A stretch of 40,499 nucleotides of DNA from a virus (Duplodnaviria > Caudoviricetes). Location of the stretch: positions 1-40,499 of IMG/VR virus record IMGVR_UViG_3300036786_000065; one strand, 5' to 3'. Within the stretch, counting starts at the first letter, position 1; every line of letters begins with the position of its first letter. This document shows, piece after piece, positions 17,309-26,680 of this stretch. The notes under the pieces are model-generated. The model searched no databases. It saw only the letters and a list, made by a program, of their open reading frames with translations, and was not told the origin of the DNA. The position numbers were made by a program, and so were the translations under genes.

Positions 17309-17419
17309 GGTGCCGCTCTCGGGCGTCATGCGCCGCTTCCGGGCGTCATCGCCCGATCGCTCCGATGACGCTCCGAAGCGTCATCACGGAGGCCGCGAAT
17401 ACCGCTCCGAAGCGGCACC
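17309..17419. promoter_or_regulatory. Candidate res/operator array upstream of resolvase
   Basis: Two direct GCCGCTYYCGGGCGTCAT copies (17312, 17332) and two inverted related copies (17365, 17399). Confidence 0.55.
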
Positions 17420-17630
17420 CGGAAGGCCCGTCCCGCGCCGGTCGGCGCGGCGCGGCCACACCCAAACCATCGCGACCGCGCCGCGCCGCGATTCGCCCGG
17501 GGCGCGGCGCACGGCCGGAATCGGGTATGATCGCGCGACCATCACTCGATGATGTGAGTGTCCCGACCAGGAGGACGGAGCCTCGACTCGACCCAACCCA
17601 ATTCGACTCGATCCCGCCCGAGGGCCGCCG

Positions 17631-18137
17631 ATGGCCGTGTCGCACAGGAAGGCCCAGCAGTCGCGCCGGTTCCGCCCCATGCGCGTGCCCAGCAGCCCGA
17701 CCTCGCAACTCCGCGCCGACGTCGGCCAGGGCGAAGGCGACCCGCTCCCCGCCGCCGAGGCCTTGGCCCGCGCCGGGCGGCATCACCCGCTGCGCGTGGT
17801 TGGCGAACGCGCGATCGACCGCGGCCTGGTCGAGGCCGTCTACGGCGGCAAGCTGGTCGAGATCCAGAGCGAGGGCTACCTGACGCCGGCCAACGGCGAG
17901 ACCGTCGCCTACCTGGTCTCGGCCCCCGCCTTCGCCGCGATCTGCGCCCGGGCCTACGCGGGCGACGACACCGACACCGACACCGGCACGGGCACCGCCG
18001 CCGGTGCCAACTCGCCGCCCGATCCCGCTCCAGTCCCAGCCTCCGGGGGACGATTACCTGACGCGACGCCGCGCCGGGAAAATCGGGGGCGACGCCGCCC
18101 CTCCCCAACCCCCCTCGAGTTGTCAGTTGTTAGTTAG
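17631..18137 (+). CDS. Hypothetical protein
   Basis: 168 aa; stop supplied by the adjacent heptamer element. Confidence 0.45.
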   Translation: MAVSHRKAQQSRRFRPMRVPSSPTSQLRADVGQGEGDPLPAAEALARAGRHHPLRVVGERAIDRGLVEAVYGGKLVEIQSEGYLTPANGETVAYLVSAPAFAAICARAYAGDDTDTDTGTGTAAGANSPPDPAPVPASGGRLPDATPRRENRGRRRPSPTPLELSVVS

Positions 18138-18237
18138 TAGTTGTCAGTTGTCAGTTCTCAGTTCTCAGTTCTCAGTGGATGCCATTGAATGCGTTCACTG
18201 ACAACTGACAACTGACAACTGGAAACCACGGACAACT
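18118..18237. repeat. Intergenic hairpin element, family A (longest)
   Basis: CAGTTGT/CAGTTCT arrays, loop GGATGCCATTGAATGCGTTC, ACTGACA arrays; between convergent genes. Confidence 0.9.
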
Positions 18238-18781
18238 ACCTGATCCTCGCGTCGCGGCGCACGACCTGGCCCAGGATCACGACGGGCTCACCGTCGTCGT
18301 CGCGGAGGAGCGGGTCGGCCGCCTTGCCCTTCGATCGCTTCCACCGCAGGACCGCCTCGAAGCGCGTGAGCGAGCGCTTGAGCGGCCCCCAGTCGAGCGT
18401 GATCGTGAAGTGCTCCGGCTCGTCGAGGTAGCGGCCGGTCCTGTCGAGCGCGTTCCCCTCATAGCTCGGGTCGGCCCCGGCCCGGCCCCAGCGCGGCTCC
18501 TCGTCGGCATCGTCCTCGGGCTGGATCAGGGCCAGGCCGAGCGCGGCGGCCCCGAGCGGCGTGAAGGTCGCGACCCGCGCCCCGCCCGCCGGCCGCCACG
18601 TCTCCAGCCACTGGTCGCGGAGGAGCCCGGCGATCGCCCGCCCGGCCGCGCCCCGGGGGGTGCCGATCGCCCCGGCGCGGCGCAGGGAGGCGACCGTGGA
18701 ATAGCAGCGCGCGCCCGAGCGGATCGCGTCGAGTACCTGGCGCCGGGCCGCGTCGTCGCCGGGGCAATCGGGCGTGGGCAT
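18236..18781 (-). CDS. Hypothetical protein, possible winged helix
   Basis: ATG 18781 after AAGG; AGLLRDQWLE...TFTPLG pattern. Confidence 0.5.
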   Translation of the reverse strand: MPTPDCPGDDAARRQVLDAIRSGARCYSTVASLRRAGAIGTPRGAAGRAIAGLLRDQWLETWRPAGGARVATFTPLGAAALGLALIQPEDDADEEPRWGRAGADPSYEGNALDRTGRYLDEPEHFTITLDWGPLKRSLTRFEAVLRWKRSKGKAADPLLRDDDGEPVVILGQVVRRDARIR

Positions 18782-19019
18782 GGGCCGGGCCTTGCGCGCT
18801 GGAGGACGAATTGGTGTCCGCCTCGTCGCGGATTCCGGAGTTTCCCGGGGAATGTCCATTCGCCCGGGAAAAACTATCGCGATCCGCGGCCCGCGCGAGT
18901 CCCCGGGCCGGCCGATCGCCGCCAAACGGGCCGAATTCCCGTCCGCTTCCCCGCGATAGGTGTAGGGACCGAGCGAGCGGGCGACGCCGCCCGGCCCTGG
19001 ATCGAAGGGGACCGCCGCC

Positions 19020-19223
19020 GTGACGACCGCCGAGCTGACGACCATCGAGCCCCGCCGCCGGGGCCGGCCCCTGCCCGCCCCTGGCTCCGAGGAGCGCATC
19101 CGCCGCGAGGCGGCCGTGGGCCACTACCGCGCCGGCGACGACGCCGCCGGCCGGGTGGCTCGCGCGTTCGGGGTGACCGATCGCACGCTCCGCCGCTGGG
19201 CACGCCAGCTCGCGGCGCGTTGA
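19020..19223 (+). CDS. Small HTH protein upstream of packaging genes
   Basis: AGRVARAFGVTDRTLRRWARQ. Confidence 0.7.
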   Translation: MTTAELTTIEPRRRGRPLPAPGSEERIRREAAVGHYRAGDDAAGRVARAFGVTDRTLRRWARQLAAR

Positions 19224-19254
19224 GCCCAGTCCCGCACACCCGGAGAGACGACCC

Positions 19255-19536
19255 GTGAACGCTCCCAGTTTCCGCCCGGGGATCGCCGTCCGATCCCTTG
19301 CCGCAAGCGTGGCCGGCCTCCTCGCTTCACTCCTGCCATCCATGTTCACCGGCGGCGGCCCGCTCCTCCCGGACGAGCCCGTGCCGTCGGACTGCTGCGC
19401 GGTCTCGCGCCGCCGGGTCGACGGCCGCTGGGTCAATCTCGTGGGCTACCGCCGCTTCGACGCCGGGGACGCCCGGGTCGCCGCCCGGGGCGGCCGGCCA
19501 CTCCCCCCGCCCCGGGTCGAGTTCCTCCACGCCTAA
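19255..19536 (+). CDS. Hypothetical protein with hydrophobic N-terminus
   Basis: GGAG RBS; 93 aa. Confidence 0.45.
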   Translation: MNAPSFRPGIAVRSLAASVAGLLASLLPSMFTGGGPLLPDEPVPSDCCAVSRRRVDGRWVNLVGYRRFDAGDARVAARGGRPLPPPRVEFLHA

Positions 19537-19736
19537 ACGCCCCGCGAGCGAGGGAGATCCAGTGAACGCCGCCAATCTCGGGGCCGCATCCGCCCCCGCG
19601 CCGGCCGAGCTGTCGCTCGGGCGGCCGTTCCTCGTGGCCCCCGGGCCGCGCGCGCCGAAGCGGGCCTGACCGCCGGCCCCCGGATCTTCCTCCCAAGGTG
19701 TGATGGCGCCACCTCAAAAACAGGTGGACAACAGGT

Positions 19737-20087
19737 GTGTCGTTCCCCAATCCCGCGACCCAGTTCCCGCCCGGCCGGTCCGGCAACCCCGGCGGCCGGC
19801 CCAAGGGGCGATCGCTCACCGCGATCCTCCGCGAGGCGCTCGACGCCGACACGCTCGGCGAGATGCCGATCGTGGGCGGCAAGACGGTGGCCGACGTCCT
19901 CGTGCAGGCCATGCTCGGCCACGCGATCTCCGGCGACGCCGCGCTCATCCGCGAGGCGTTCACCCGGATCGACGGCAAGGTCCCCGACCCCGACCCGCCG
20001 CGCGAAGCCAAGGTCGTCGACGTGATGGCCCGGGCCAAGGCGATCCGCGCAGCCCGCAAGGTCCCCAAGACCGATGGCCAGCGATGA
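19737..20087 (+). CDS. Putative terminase small subunit (DUF5681-like)
   Basis: TQFPPGRSGNPGGRPKG motif; directly upstream of TerL. Confidence 0.75.
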   Translation: MSFPNPATQFPPGRSGNPGGRPKGRSLTAILREALDADTLGEMPIVGGKTVADVLVQAMLGHAISGDAALIREAFTRIDGKVPDPDPPREAKVVDVMARAKAIRAARKVPKTDGQR

Positions 20088-21543
20088 TGACCTGGCCGAG
20101 CTGATCGCGGACTGCTACGACGACCCGGGCCTGTTCCACGAAGCGGTGCTGGGCCGCCCCGCGTTCCACGGCCAGCAGGAGCGGATCGCCGAGTCCGTCG
20201 TCCGCAACCGGGTGACGGTCGTACCGGCGGCCCACTCGGTCGGCAAGAGTTGGGCGGCCGCCTCCACGGCGCTCCACTGGCTCTACACGCGGGACGACGC
20301 CAAGGTCATCACGACCTCGTCTAGCAACAACCAGCTCGTCTCCGTCCTCTGGGCCGCGATCAAGGGGGCGCACGGCAAGAGCCTCTTTCCGCTCGGCGGC
20401 GAGCCCAGCGAGGGCAACGCGATCCCCCAGCGGGTCACGATTGACCCCGAGCGGTTCGCGATCGGGTTCTCGGCCAAGAACGCCGAATCGTTCTCGGGCT
20501 ACCACGGGGACAACATCCTCGTCATCGCGGATGAGTCCTCGGGCATCAAGCAGACGTCGTGGGACGCGATCGAATCCCTCGGCTACACGAGCCTCCTGGC
20601 CCTCGGCAACCCCATTCGAGCCAAGGGGCACTTCCGCACGCTCTGGGACCTCGCGGCCTCGGGCACCGAAGGTTACGCCGGCTTTCACCTGACGGCGTTC
20701 GACTCGCCCCACGCCCAACTGACCGATCGCGAGATCAAGGCCCAGGGGCTGCCGAAAGGGCTGTGTTCCCGGACCTGGATCGACAACGTCCGCAAGGTCT
20801 ACGGCGAAGGTTCGCTCTACTGGAAGACGCGGGTCCTGGCCGAGTTCCCCGACGAGGACCTCGACCAGCTCCTGCCCCCGTCCTGGATCGACCGCTGCGT
20901 CGCCGAGGCCCGCGCCAAGGGCCAGGGCGGCCCGCGATACCTCGCGATCGACATCTCCAAGGGCACGGGCCGCGATCGCACGGTGGCCGTCGTCGCCGAC
21001 ACGCTCGGCGTGCTCGCGATGGTCGTCTCCAACCGGATCGACGTGCTGGGCGCGGCCCAGCTCGTCAAGAAGCTCTCGGTCGAGTGGGGCGTCGCCCACG
21101 ACCGGATCGTCTACGACATCGGCGGCTGGGCCGGGTCGGACATGACCCGCTACCTCGAAGCCCTGGAAATCCACGACGCCGTGGGCTACCGGGGCGGGGC
21201 CAAGGGCGGCGCGCGGTTCGCCAACCGCCGAGCCCGCGCGGCCTGGACCCTGCGGCAGCGGCTCGACCCCGAGCGGCCCGAGATCGTCGAGGCCGAGCCC
21301 GCGCCCGCCAAGCCCAATTACTACAAGGTCCTGGAAGGCCGCAAGACGCCCGCGCAACCGCCGTTCCACATCCCGATGAACGAGCACTGGGGCGACCTTC
21401 GCGAGGAGCTGCTGGCCCTGCGGTACACGCACGACGGGGCCAAGATCGCGCTGGAGAAGAAGGAGACCTGCCAGGAGCGACTCGGGCGCTCGCCCGACCT
21501 GGCCGACACGTTCCTGATGCTGGCCTCACTGTGGGGGAATTGA
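20074..21543 (+). CDS. terL: Terminase large subunit
   Basis: Walker A AHSVGKS, Walker B VIADE, GNP, nuclease AIDIS...D and SPDLAD. Confidence 0.92.
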   Translation: MASDDDLAELIADCYDDPGLFHEAVLGRPAFHGQQERIAESVVRNRVTVVPAAHSVGKSWAAASTALHWLYTRDDAKVITTSSSNNQLVSVLWAAIKGAHGKSLFPLGGEPSEGNAIPQRVTIDPERFAIGFSAKNAESFSGYHGDNILVIADESSGIKQTSWDAIESLGYTSLLALGNPIRAKGHFRTLWDLAASGTEGYAGFHLTAFDSPHAQLTDREIKAQGLPKGLCSRTWIDNVRKVYGEGSLYWKTRVLAEFPDEDLDQLLPPSWIDRCVAEARAKGQGGPRYLAIDISKGTGRDRTVAVVADTLGVLAMVVSNRIDVLGAAQLVKKLSVEWGVAHDRIVYDIGGWAGSDMTRYLEALEIHDAVGYRGGAKGGARFANRRARAAWTLRQRLDPERPEIVEAEPAPAKPNYYKVLEGRKTPAQPPFHIPMNEHWGDLREELLALRYTHDGAKIALEKKETCQERLGRSPDLADTFLMLASLWGN

Positions 21544-21546
21544 TTC

Positions 21547-21735
21547 ATGGCTCTCGCCCCGTTGCTCGACGTCACGGTCACGTCGCTATCCCGATCGTCG
21601 CTCGTCCCGCTCCCCGCCCAGGTCCGCGCCGAGCTGGAGCGGCTCGACGCCGAGCGGAGGTCGCTGCGAACCCTCCTGAAACTGGCGGTGCTGGCGCACG
21701 GCGACGACGAAATGGGCGACCCGGAGGACGCATGA
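21547..21735 (+). CDS. Small hypothetical protein
   Basis: 62 aa, 3 nt after terL. Confidence 0.5.
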   Translation: MALAPLLDVTVTSLSRSSLVPLPAQVRAELERLDAERRSLRTLLKLAVLAHGDDEMGDPEDA

Positions 21736-22055
21736 AGCTCCACGCCCGCCTCAAACAACTGGCCCAGAACCACACCCGACACGAGAGGAAGAAGATGTCC
21801 CAAGGGACCGCGACCGCCACGCTGCCCGTGTTCCGGATCGTCGCCGTCGGCGGCGGCCAGAACGGCGAGGGCGACAAGATGACGCTCCTGACGTTCCGCG
21901 ACCACGAGGGCGGCCAGCAGACGTGCGCCGTGCCCACGGCCGACCTGATCCCCGTGATCGCCGCCTGCATGGGCGTGGCCCCGGCCGGCGCGGGTGCGGA
22001 CAAGCCGAAGCCGTCGCCGATCTTCAAGCCCAAGCTGTTGCTGCCCACGCGCTAA
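21732..22055 (+). CDS. Hypothetical protein (alternative start 21795)
   Basis: ATGA coupling at 21732; GAGG RBS before 21795. Confidence 0.55.
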   Translation: MKLHARLKQLAQNHTRHERKKMSQGTATATLPVFRIVAVGGGQNGEGDKMTLLTFRDHEGGQQTCAVPTADLIPVIAACMGVAPAGAGADKPKPSPIFKPKLLLPTR

Positions 22056-22070
22056 CCAACGGGTGCCGAT

Positions 22071-22202
22071 GTGAGCTACCACGCCAACCTTGACCTTCGC
22101 ATCCAGGAAGCGGTGGGGACCGTCACGGCGTTCGCCGGGGCGTGCATCGACCCCGGCTTCCTGATCTTCGGTTTCGCCCACGTCGCAAGGTACATCGCCT
22201 GA
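22071..22202 (+). CDS. 43-aa hydrophobic micro-protein
   Basis: TGATG overlap with portal start. Confidence 0.4.
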   Translation: MSYHANLDLRIQEAVGTVTAFAGACIDPGFLIFGFAHVARYIA

Positions 22203-23863
22203 TGCCGCCCGACACCGCCGCCGTCACCCTTCCCGAGCCCGAGTCCGTCCCGTCCCTCGACACGATCGAGGAGTCGGTGACGGCCGGCTTGCCGATGGAC
22301 AGCGACCGCATGGAGTGCGCGTCGGCGAACGAGGACTTCTACCGCGGCGACCAGCGCCAGCACCTCGAGGCCCGCGAGGCCGAGCTGCCCAGTGATTACC
22401 GCAAGCGCCCGAAGCGGTTCAGCCGCTTGACCCGCAAGGCGATCCGCACGCTCACGAGCCTGCTCTATAGCCCCGGCCCATCGCGGTCGATCGAGGGCTC
22501 GGAAGACGAGGGCGGGGCCGAGCCCAGCCCGCTGGCGTCGACCTGGCTCGAGCTGGTGTGGCGCACCAACCACATCGACCGGGTGATGCGCACGGCCGAC
22601 CGCAAGGCCACGCTCAACGACTGCTGCGCCGTCCAGGCCGTGGCCACGGGCAACCCCAACAAGCCGATCACGCTCTACCTCTGGGGCGGCGACGAGTTCA
22701 CCGTGTTCTGCCGCGACGACGATCCCTGCTGCCCCTGGGCCGTCGTGACCGTGCAGGTCATCACCAAGGGCCGCAAGAAATGGCGGCACTACGAGGCCTG
22801 GACCGCCGCCGAGCATCGGGTCTACGAGACCAAGGCCGTCGATTGGGTCGACGCCCTGCCCACGGCCGGCGGCACGGCCGCCTACTACCAGCCCCAGCTC
22901 TCGGGCACCGTGGACGCCGAGCGCCAGACCGGCGACGGCTTGAACCCCTACGGCGTGCTGCCGTTCGCGTTCGTCTGGAATGAGCGACCCGTTGATCGGT
23001 TCTGGGGCAGTGGCGTCGGCACGATGCTCCGCGAGTGCAATGAAGATATCGACAGAGAATTGTCCGATACCGCGCTCCACGTCAAGGAGTTCCTCAACCC
23101 GAAGGCGTTTGTCCGCAACGTGGCCGTGGGCACGAAGCTCCTCGATCGCGTCGGCGCGTTCATGCACCTGAAGCCGCACGCGACGGCCGCCGCCGGCGAC
23201 AACGCCCTGGAGCCCGACGCGTTCTACCTCCAGGCCCAGCTCGGGGTGCAGGACGCCTGGTGGGACGCGCAGAAATACGCGAACCAGACGTTCCACGAGC
23301 TCGACGTCCCGCTCTCCGCCGTCCGCGACGACCAGCAGGGGCCGCAGAGCGGGTTCCAGGTCGAGGCCGAGCGCGGCCCCCTGCTCGACTACACGATCGC
23401 CCGCCAGCCGGACTTCAGCGAGTACGAGGAGGAGGCCGCCCGGCTGATCCTCCGCGTGGCGGGCCACTATTACGACCAACCCGAGCTGATCGCGGCGGCC
23501 GAGACCGTGCAGGTCCATTGCGCGTGGACCAAGCCGGCCTCGACGATCCGCTCGGCCGAGACCGACGACCACGAGACCCACGACCTGCAAGCCGGCGTGG
23601 CCACGCGGATCTCGATCCTGATGGACCGGGGCATGACCCGCGCCCAGGCGATCGCCCGGCTCGAGCAGTTCGCCGAGGACGCCCAGGAGGAGGCCCGGAT
23701 CTTCCCCGAGCCCGACCCCGTGGCGGCCGGCGTCAAGCCCGATGGCTCGCCGCTGGCGACGGCGGCGACCACGACTCCGGCCGCGGCGGCGATCGCCGCG
23801 ACCAGCGGCAAGACCCCGGCCACCGCGGCCGACCCCTCCGAGGATGACGCGACCGATGAGTGA
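22202..23863 (+). CDS. Portal protein (SPP1 gp6-like)
   Basis: Size and synteny; FYRGDQ, NPYGVLPF, SG motifs. Confidence 0.85.
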   Translation: MPPDTAAVTLPEPESVPSLDTIEESVTAGLPMDSDRMECASANEDFYRGDQRQHLEAREAELPSDYRKRPKRFSRLTRKAIRTLTSLLYSPGPSRSIEGSEDEGGAEPSPLASTWLELVWRTNHIDRVMRTADRKATLNDCCAVQAVATGNPNKPITLYLWGGDEFTVFCRDDDPCCPWAVVTVQVITKGRKKWRHYEAWTAAEHRVYETKAVDWVDALPTAGGTAAYYQPQLSGTVDAERQTGDGLNPYGVLPFAFVWNERPVDRFWGSGVGTMLRECNEDIDRELSDTALHVKEFLNPKAFVRNVAVGTKLLDRVGAFMHLKPHATAAAGDNALEPDAFYLQAQLGVQDAWWDAQKYANQTFHELDVPLSAVRDDQQGPQSGFQVEAERGPLLDYTIARQPDFSEYEEEAARLILRVAGHYYDQPELIAAAETVQVHCAWTKPASTIRSAETDDHETHDLQAGVATRISILMDRGMTRAQAIARLEQFAEDAQEEARIFPEPDPVAAGVKPDGSPLATAATTTPAAAAIAATSGKTPATAADPSEDDATDE

Positions 23864-24488
23864 ACCCGTCCAAGGCCAGTCCGTCCCCTACGCGGTCTAT
23901 GAGCGCGTGCTCAACGAGTCGATCCAGCGCAAGGGGAAGCTGGTCGAGCTGAAGAAGGCCAACGCCGAACTGACCACCGAGCGCGACACCTTGAAGGCCT
24001 CGGTCGGCACGCTCACCACCGAGCGCGACACGCTGGCCAGCAAGGCCAACGCCGCGCCCGACGAGAAGGACAAGAAGATCTCCGAGCTGACCGACAGCCT
24101 GCGCGGGATCAAGCACCGCGCCGTCTTCGACAAGCTCGCGAAGACCGCCGACGTCCGGGATGAGGCGAAGGACGACCTCTGGGCGGCCCTCCAGTACAAG
24201 CCCGAGGCCGACGAGGCCGACGAGGCGAAGCTCAGCGGACTGGTGACCGAGGCCCTGAAGGGCCGCGCGTACATGGTCCAGGCCGATCCCCAGGCGGGGA
24301 GCGGGGTCGCGGGAGCGACGAGGCCGGCACCGATCGTCCAGCCCAGCGCGGCCGGGCCGGGTGCCGCGCGGGGGAGTTCCCCCAGCGTGTCGCAAACGTC
24401 CGCCAAGTCGGTGATGCAGATCGTCGCGGAACGCGCCGCCAAGGCGGGTATCGCGATGGGAGGCGCGCCGATCGGCTCTGAGCGCTAA
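23856..24488 (+). CDS. Capsid scaffolding protein
   Basis: Coiled-coil with flexible tail; between portal and capsid. Confidence 0.75.
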   Translation: MSEPVQGQSVPYAVYERVLNESIQRKGKLVELKKANAELTTERDTLKASVGTLTTERDTLASKANAAPDEKDKKISELTDSLRGIKHRAVFDKLAKTADVRDEAKDDLWAALQYKPEADEADEAKLSGLVTEALKGRAYMVQADPQAGSGVAGATRPAPIVQPSAAGPGAARGSSPSVSQTSAKSVMQIVAERAAKAGIAMGGAPIGSER

Positions 24489-24509
24489 CGCGCGAGAAGG
24501 AGGTGACTC

Positions 24510-25400
24510 ATGGCCAACAGCCTGGCCAATTTCGTCCCGCAGATCTGGTCGACGAACATCGTCGCCAACCTCGATCAGTTGAACGTCGCGTACAACGTGA
24601 TGTGCAACATCGACTACCAGGGCGAGATCCAGGAGAAGGGCGACACCGTGCAGGTGCGCACCTTCGGCTCGGTCAACATGCAGAACTACACCCGGGGCAA
24701 CCCGATCTCCTACGAGGACCTGAACCCCTCGAAGGAGACCCTGACGGTCACCGACTCGAAGCTGTTCGCCTTCGAGGTCGACGACCTCGACCGGGCCCAG
24801 AACGACATCAACGCGCTGGACGGCTACAGCAAGCGCGCGGCCGTGGCCCTGGCCAACGAGATCGACCGCAAGGCGCTCTCGTTCTACGCCAGCGCCAACA
24901 GCGCCAACCAGCTCACCAACGGCGGCTCGGCCTGGACGGTCTCCGCGGCCAACGCCTACACGCTGCTCGTGGACGCCGGGGCCAAGCTCGACGCGCTCTC
25001 GGTGCCCGCGCAGGACCGCTGGGTGATCATCAGCCCGATTTACAAGGCGTTCTTGCTGAAGGACATCACCTACCTGATCCGGGCGTCGGACCTCGGCGAT
25101 AGCGTGATCACCACGGCCCGGGTCGGGATGACGGCCAACACCGCGCCGGGGTTCTTCGGCCGGATCGCCGGGTTCGACCTCTACGTCTCGCCCGCGCTGC
25201 CCGTCGACGCCAGCGGCAAGTATTGCCAGTACGGCCAGGGCAAGCCGGTCTCCTACGCCCGCCAGCTCGTCGAGACCGAGGCCCTGCGGCTCGAATCGAC
25301 GATGGCCACGGCCGTGCGCGGCCTGCTCTTGCACGGGGCGGCCGTCTTCGCCGAGGACGCCAAACGGTTCGGCACCATCTACGTCGGCGCGACGCAGTGA
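24510..25400 (+). CDS. Major capsid protein (HK97 fold, P22-coat-like)
   Basis: NFVPQIWS, YQGEI..KGDTV, ALANEID, LDALSVP..DRW, GRIAGFDLY; AAGGAGG RBS. Confidence 0.88.
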   Translation: MANSLANFVPQIWSTNIVANLDQLNVAYNVMCNIDYQGEIQEKGDTVQVRTFGSVNMQNYTRGNPISYEDLNPSKETLTVTDSKLFAFEVDDLDRAQNDINALDGYSKRAAVALANEIDRKALSFYASANSANQLTNGGSAWTVSAANAYTLLVDAGAKLDALSVPAQDRWVIISPIYKAFLLKDITYLIRASDLGDSVITTARVGMTANTAPGFFGRIAGFDLYVSPALPVDASGKYCQYGQGKPVSYARQLVETEALRLESTMATAVRGLLLHGAAVFAEDAKRFGTIYVGATQ

Positions 25401-25513
25401 GAGTAGGTCTCAGTTGTCAGTGGTCAGTTGTCAGTATGCAAATACGTTCGACTGACCACTGGCAACGGACCACCGAAAACCACCGACGACTGACCACTGA
25501 CAACTGACAACTC
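25401..25513. repeat. Intergenic hairpin element, family A
   Basis: Starts at capsid stop; loop TATGCAAATACGTTCG. Confidence 0.9.
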
Positions 25514-25534
25514 ACCACGCGAGGGCCCACGGCC

Positions 25535-26209
25535 ATGATGCCGATCACCGTCGACAAGCGAGTGCAAGCCGAGATCTTCGACGACTTCTTTTACCTCGAC
25601 ACCGCCGCCACCAACGGGGCCTGGGCGGTCGTCAAGGGGACCGGCGGCGCGCTGGCGGTCAACACCACGAAGGCGGGCGGCTGGATCAACATCCCCACCG
25701 CCGCCTCGGCCAGCGACTACCAGCTCCTGGCCACGCAGCAGAAGTTCTTCAACCCGCTCAAGTCGGGTTGGCTTGAAGCCTCGATCCTCGTCACCGAGGC
25801 GTCGACCAACTCCAGCAACTGGGCCATCGGCCTGTCCTCGATCACCACCACGGGCTGGATGGTGGCCTCCAGCGCCGGTCCGCCCACCTCGTTCGACGGT
25901 GCCGCGATCTTCAAGACCGGCGGCGCGATGGCCGTGAAGGGCATCACGAGCGTCACGACCACGCAGACCACGTCGGCCACGATCGCCACGGCGGTCACGG
26001 CCGTGGGCCTCCGCCTGGGCATCCACTGGGACGCCAACGACGGCGTCACGGCCCGGGTCAGGTTCCTCGTCAACGGCGTCGTCCAGGCCACCCAGAACGT
26101 CACGATCGGCACGAACAACCTCTTCCCGTTCATGACGATGATGGCCGCCGCCGGCGGCACGGCCGAGACGCTGAACGTCGACTACTTCCGCTGCGTCGTG
26201 GATCGCTGA
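25535..26209 (+). CDS. Putative capsid decoration protein (lectin-like beta sandwich)
   Basis: DDF...VDY beta-rich, Thr/Ala-rich; follows capsid gene. Confidence 0.6.
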   Translation: MMPITVDKRVQAEIFDDFFYLDTAATNGAWAVVKGTGGALAVNTTKAGGWINIPTAASASDYQLLATQQKFFNPLKSGWLEASILVTEASTNSSNWAIGLSSITTTGWMVASSAGPPTSFDGAAIFKTGGAMAVKGITSVTTTQTTSATIATAVTAVGLRLGIHWDANDGVTARVRFLVNGVVQATQNVTIGTNNLFPFMTMMAAAGGTAETLNVDYFRCVVDR

Positions 26210-26285
26210 TGTTCGTCGCCCGGCGCTCCCCGCGCCGGGCGCTTCTTTTCCCCGATCCCGATCACGTTACGAGGTCGCACGCGCC

Positions 26286-26582
26286 ATGGCCAACCCGCAG
26301 TTCACGATCGCCTGGAAGACGCAGGCCGTCGCCGCCGCCGCCGCCGCCGCGCTCATCGGGGCGGCCGAGCCGGGGCGGCTGTTCAAGGTCACCGTCACGA
26401 CGCTCGGCACGGCCGCGCTCAACTTCTACGACAACGCCACCACGAACTCCGGCACGATCCTCCTGGCCATCCCGGCCTCGGCGGCCGTCGGCACGATTTA
26501 CACCGTCGACATGCCCACCGCCAACGGGATCTGGTGCGCCTCGGGTGCCAACTCGCCGGCCGTCACGGTCTCCTACAACTGA
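26286..26582 (+). CDS. Small putative virion beta protein
   Basis: 98 aa, YDNA...SGT pattern; GAGG RBS. Confidence 0.6.
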   Translation: MANPQFTIAWKTQAVAAAAAAALIGAAEPGRLFKVTVTTLGTAALNFYDNATTNSGTILLAIPASAAVGTIYTVDMPTANGIWCASGANSPAVTVSYN

Positions 26583-26659
26583 GTTTTCAGTTGTCAGTAG
26601 GTCTCAGTTGTCAGTATTCGCATGTCTTTACTGACAACTGAAAACTGACAACTGACAAC
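26582..26659. repeat. Intergenic hairpin element, family A
   Basis: Starts at stop; shares AGTAGGTCTCAGTTGTCAGT with the element at 25401. Confidence 0.9.
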
Positions 26660-26680
26660 GTTTCCCGAAGGGAAACCCGC

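Noticed and set aside
19020-19223. IS3-family transposase orfA
   Set aside because: HTH only; no DDE orfB or terminal inverted repeats
14224-26659. Heptamer arrays as CRISPR repeats or integron attC sites
   Set aside because: No repeat-spacer periodicity, no cas genes, no cassette array or integron integrase signature; the arrays are dispersed inverted tandem repeats
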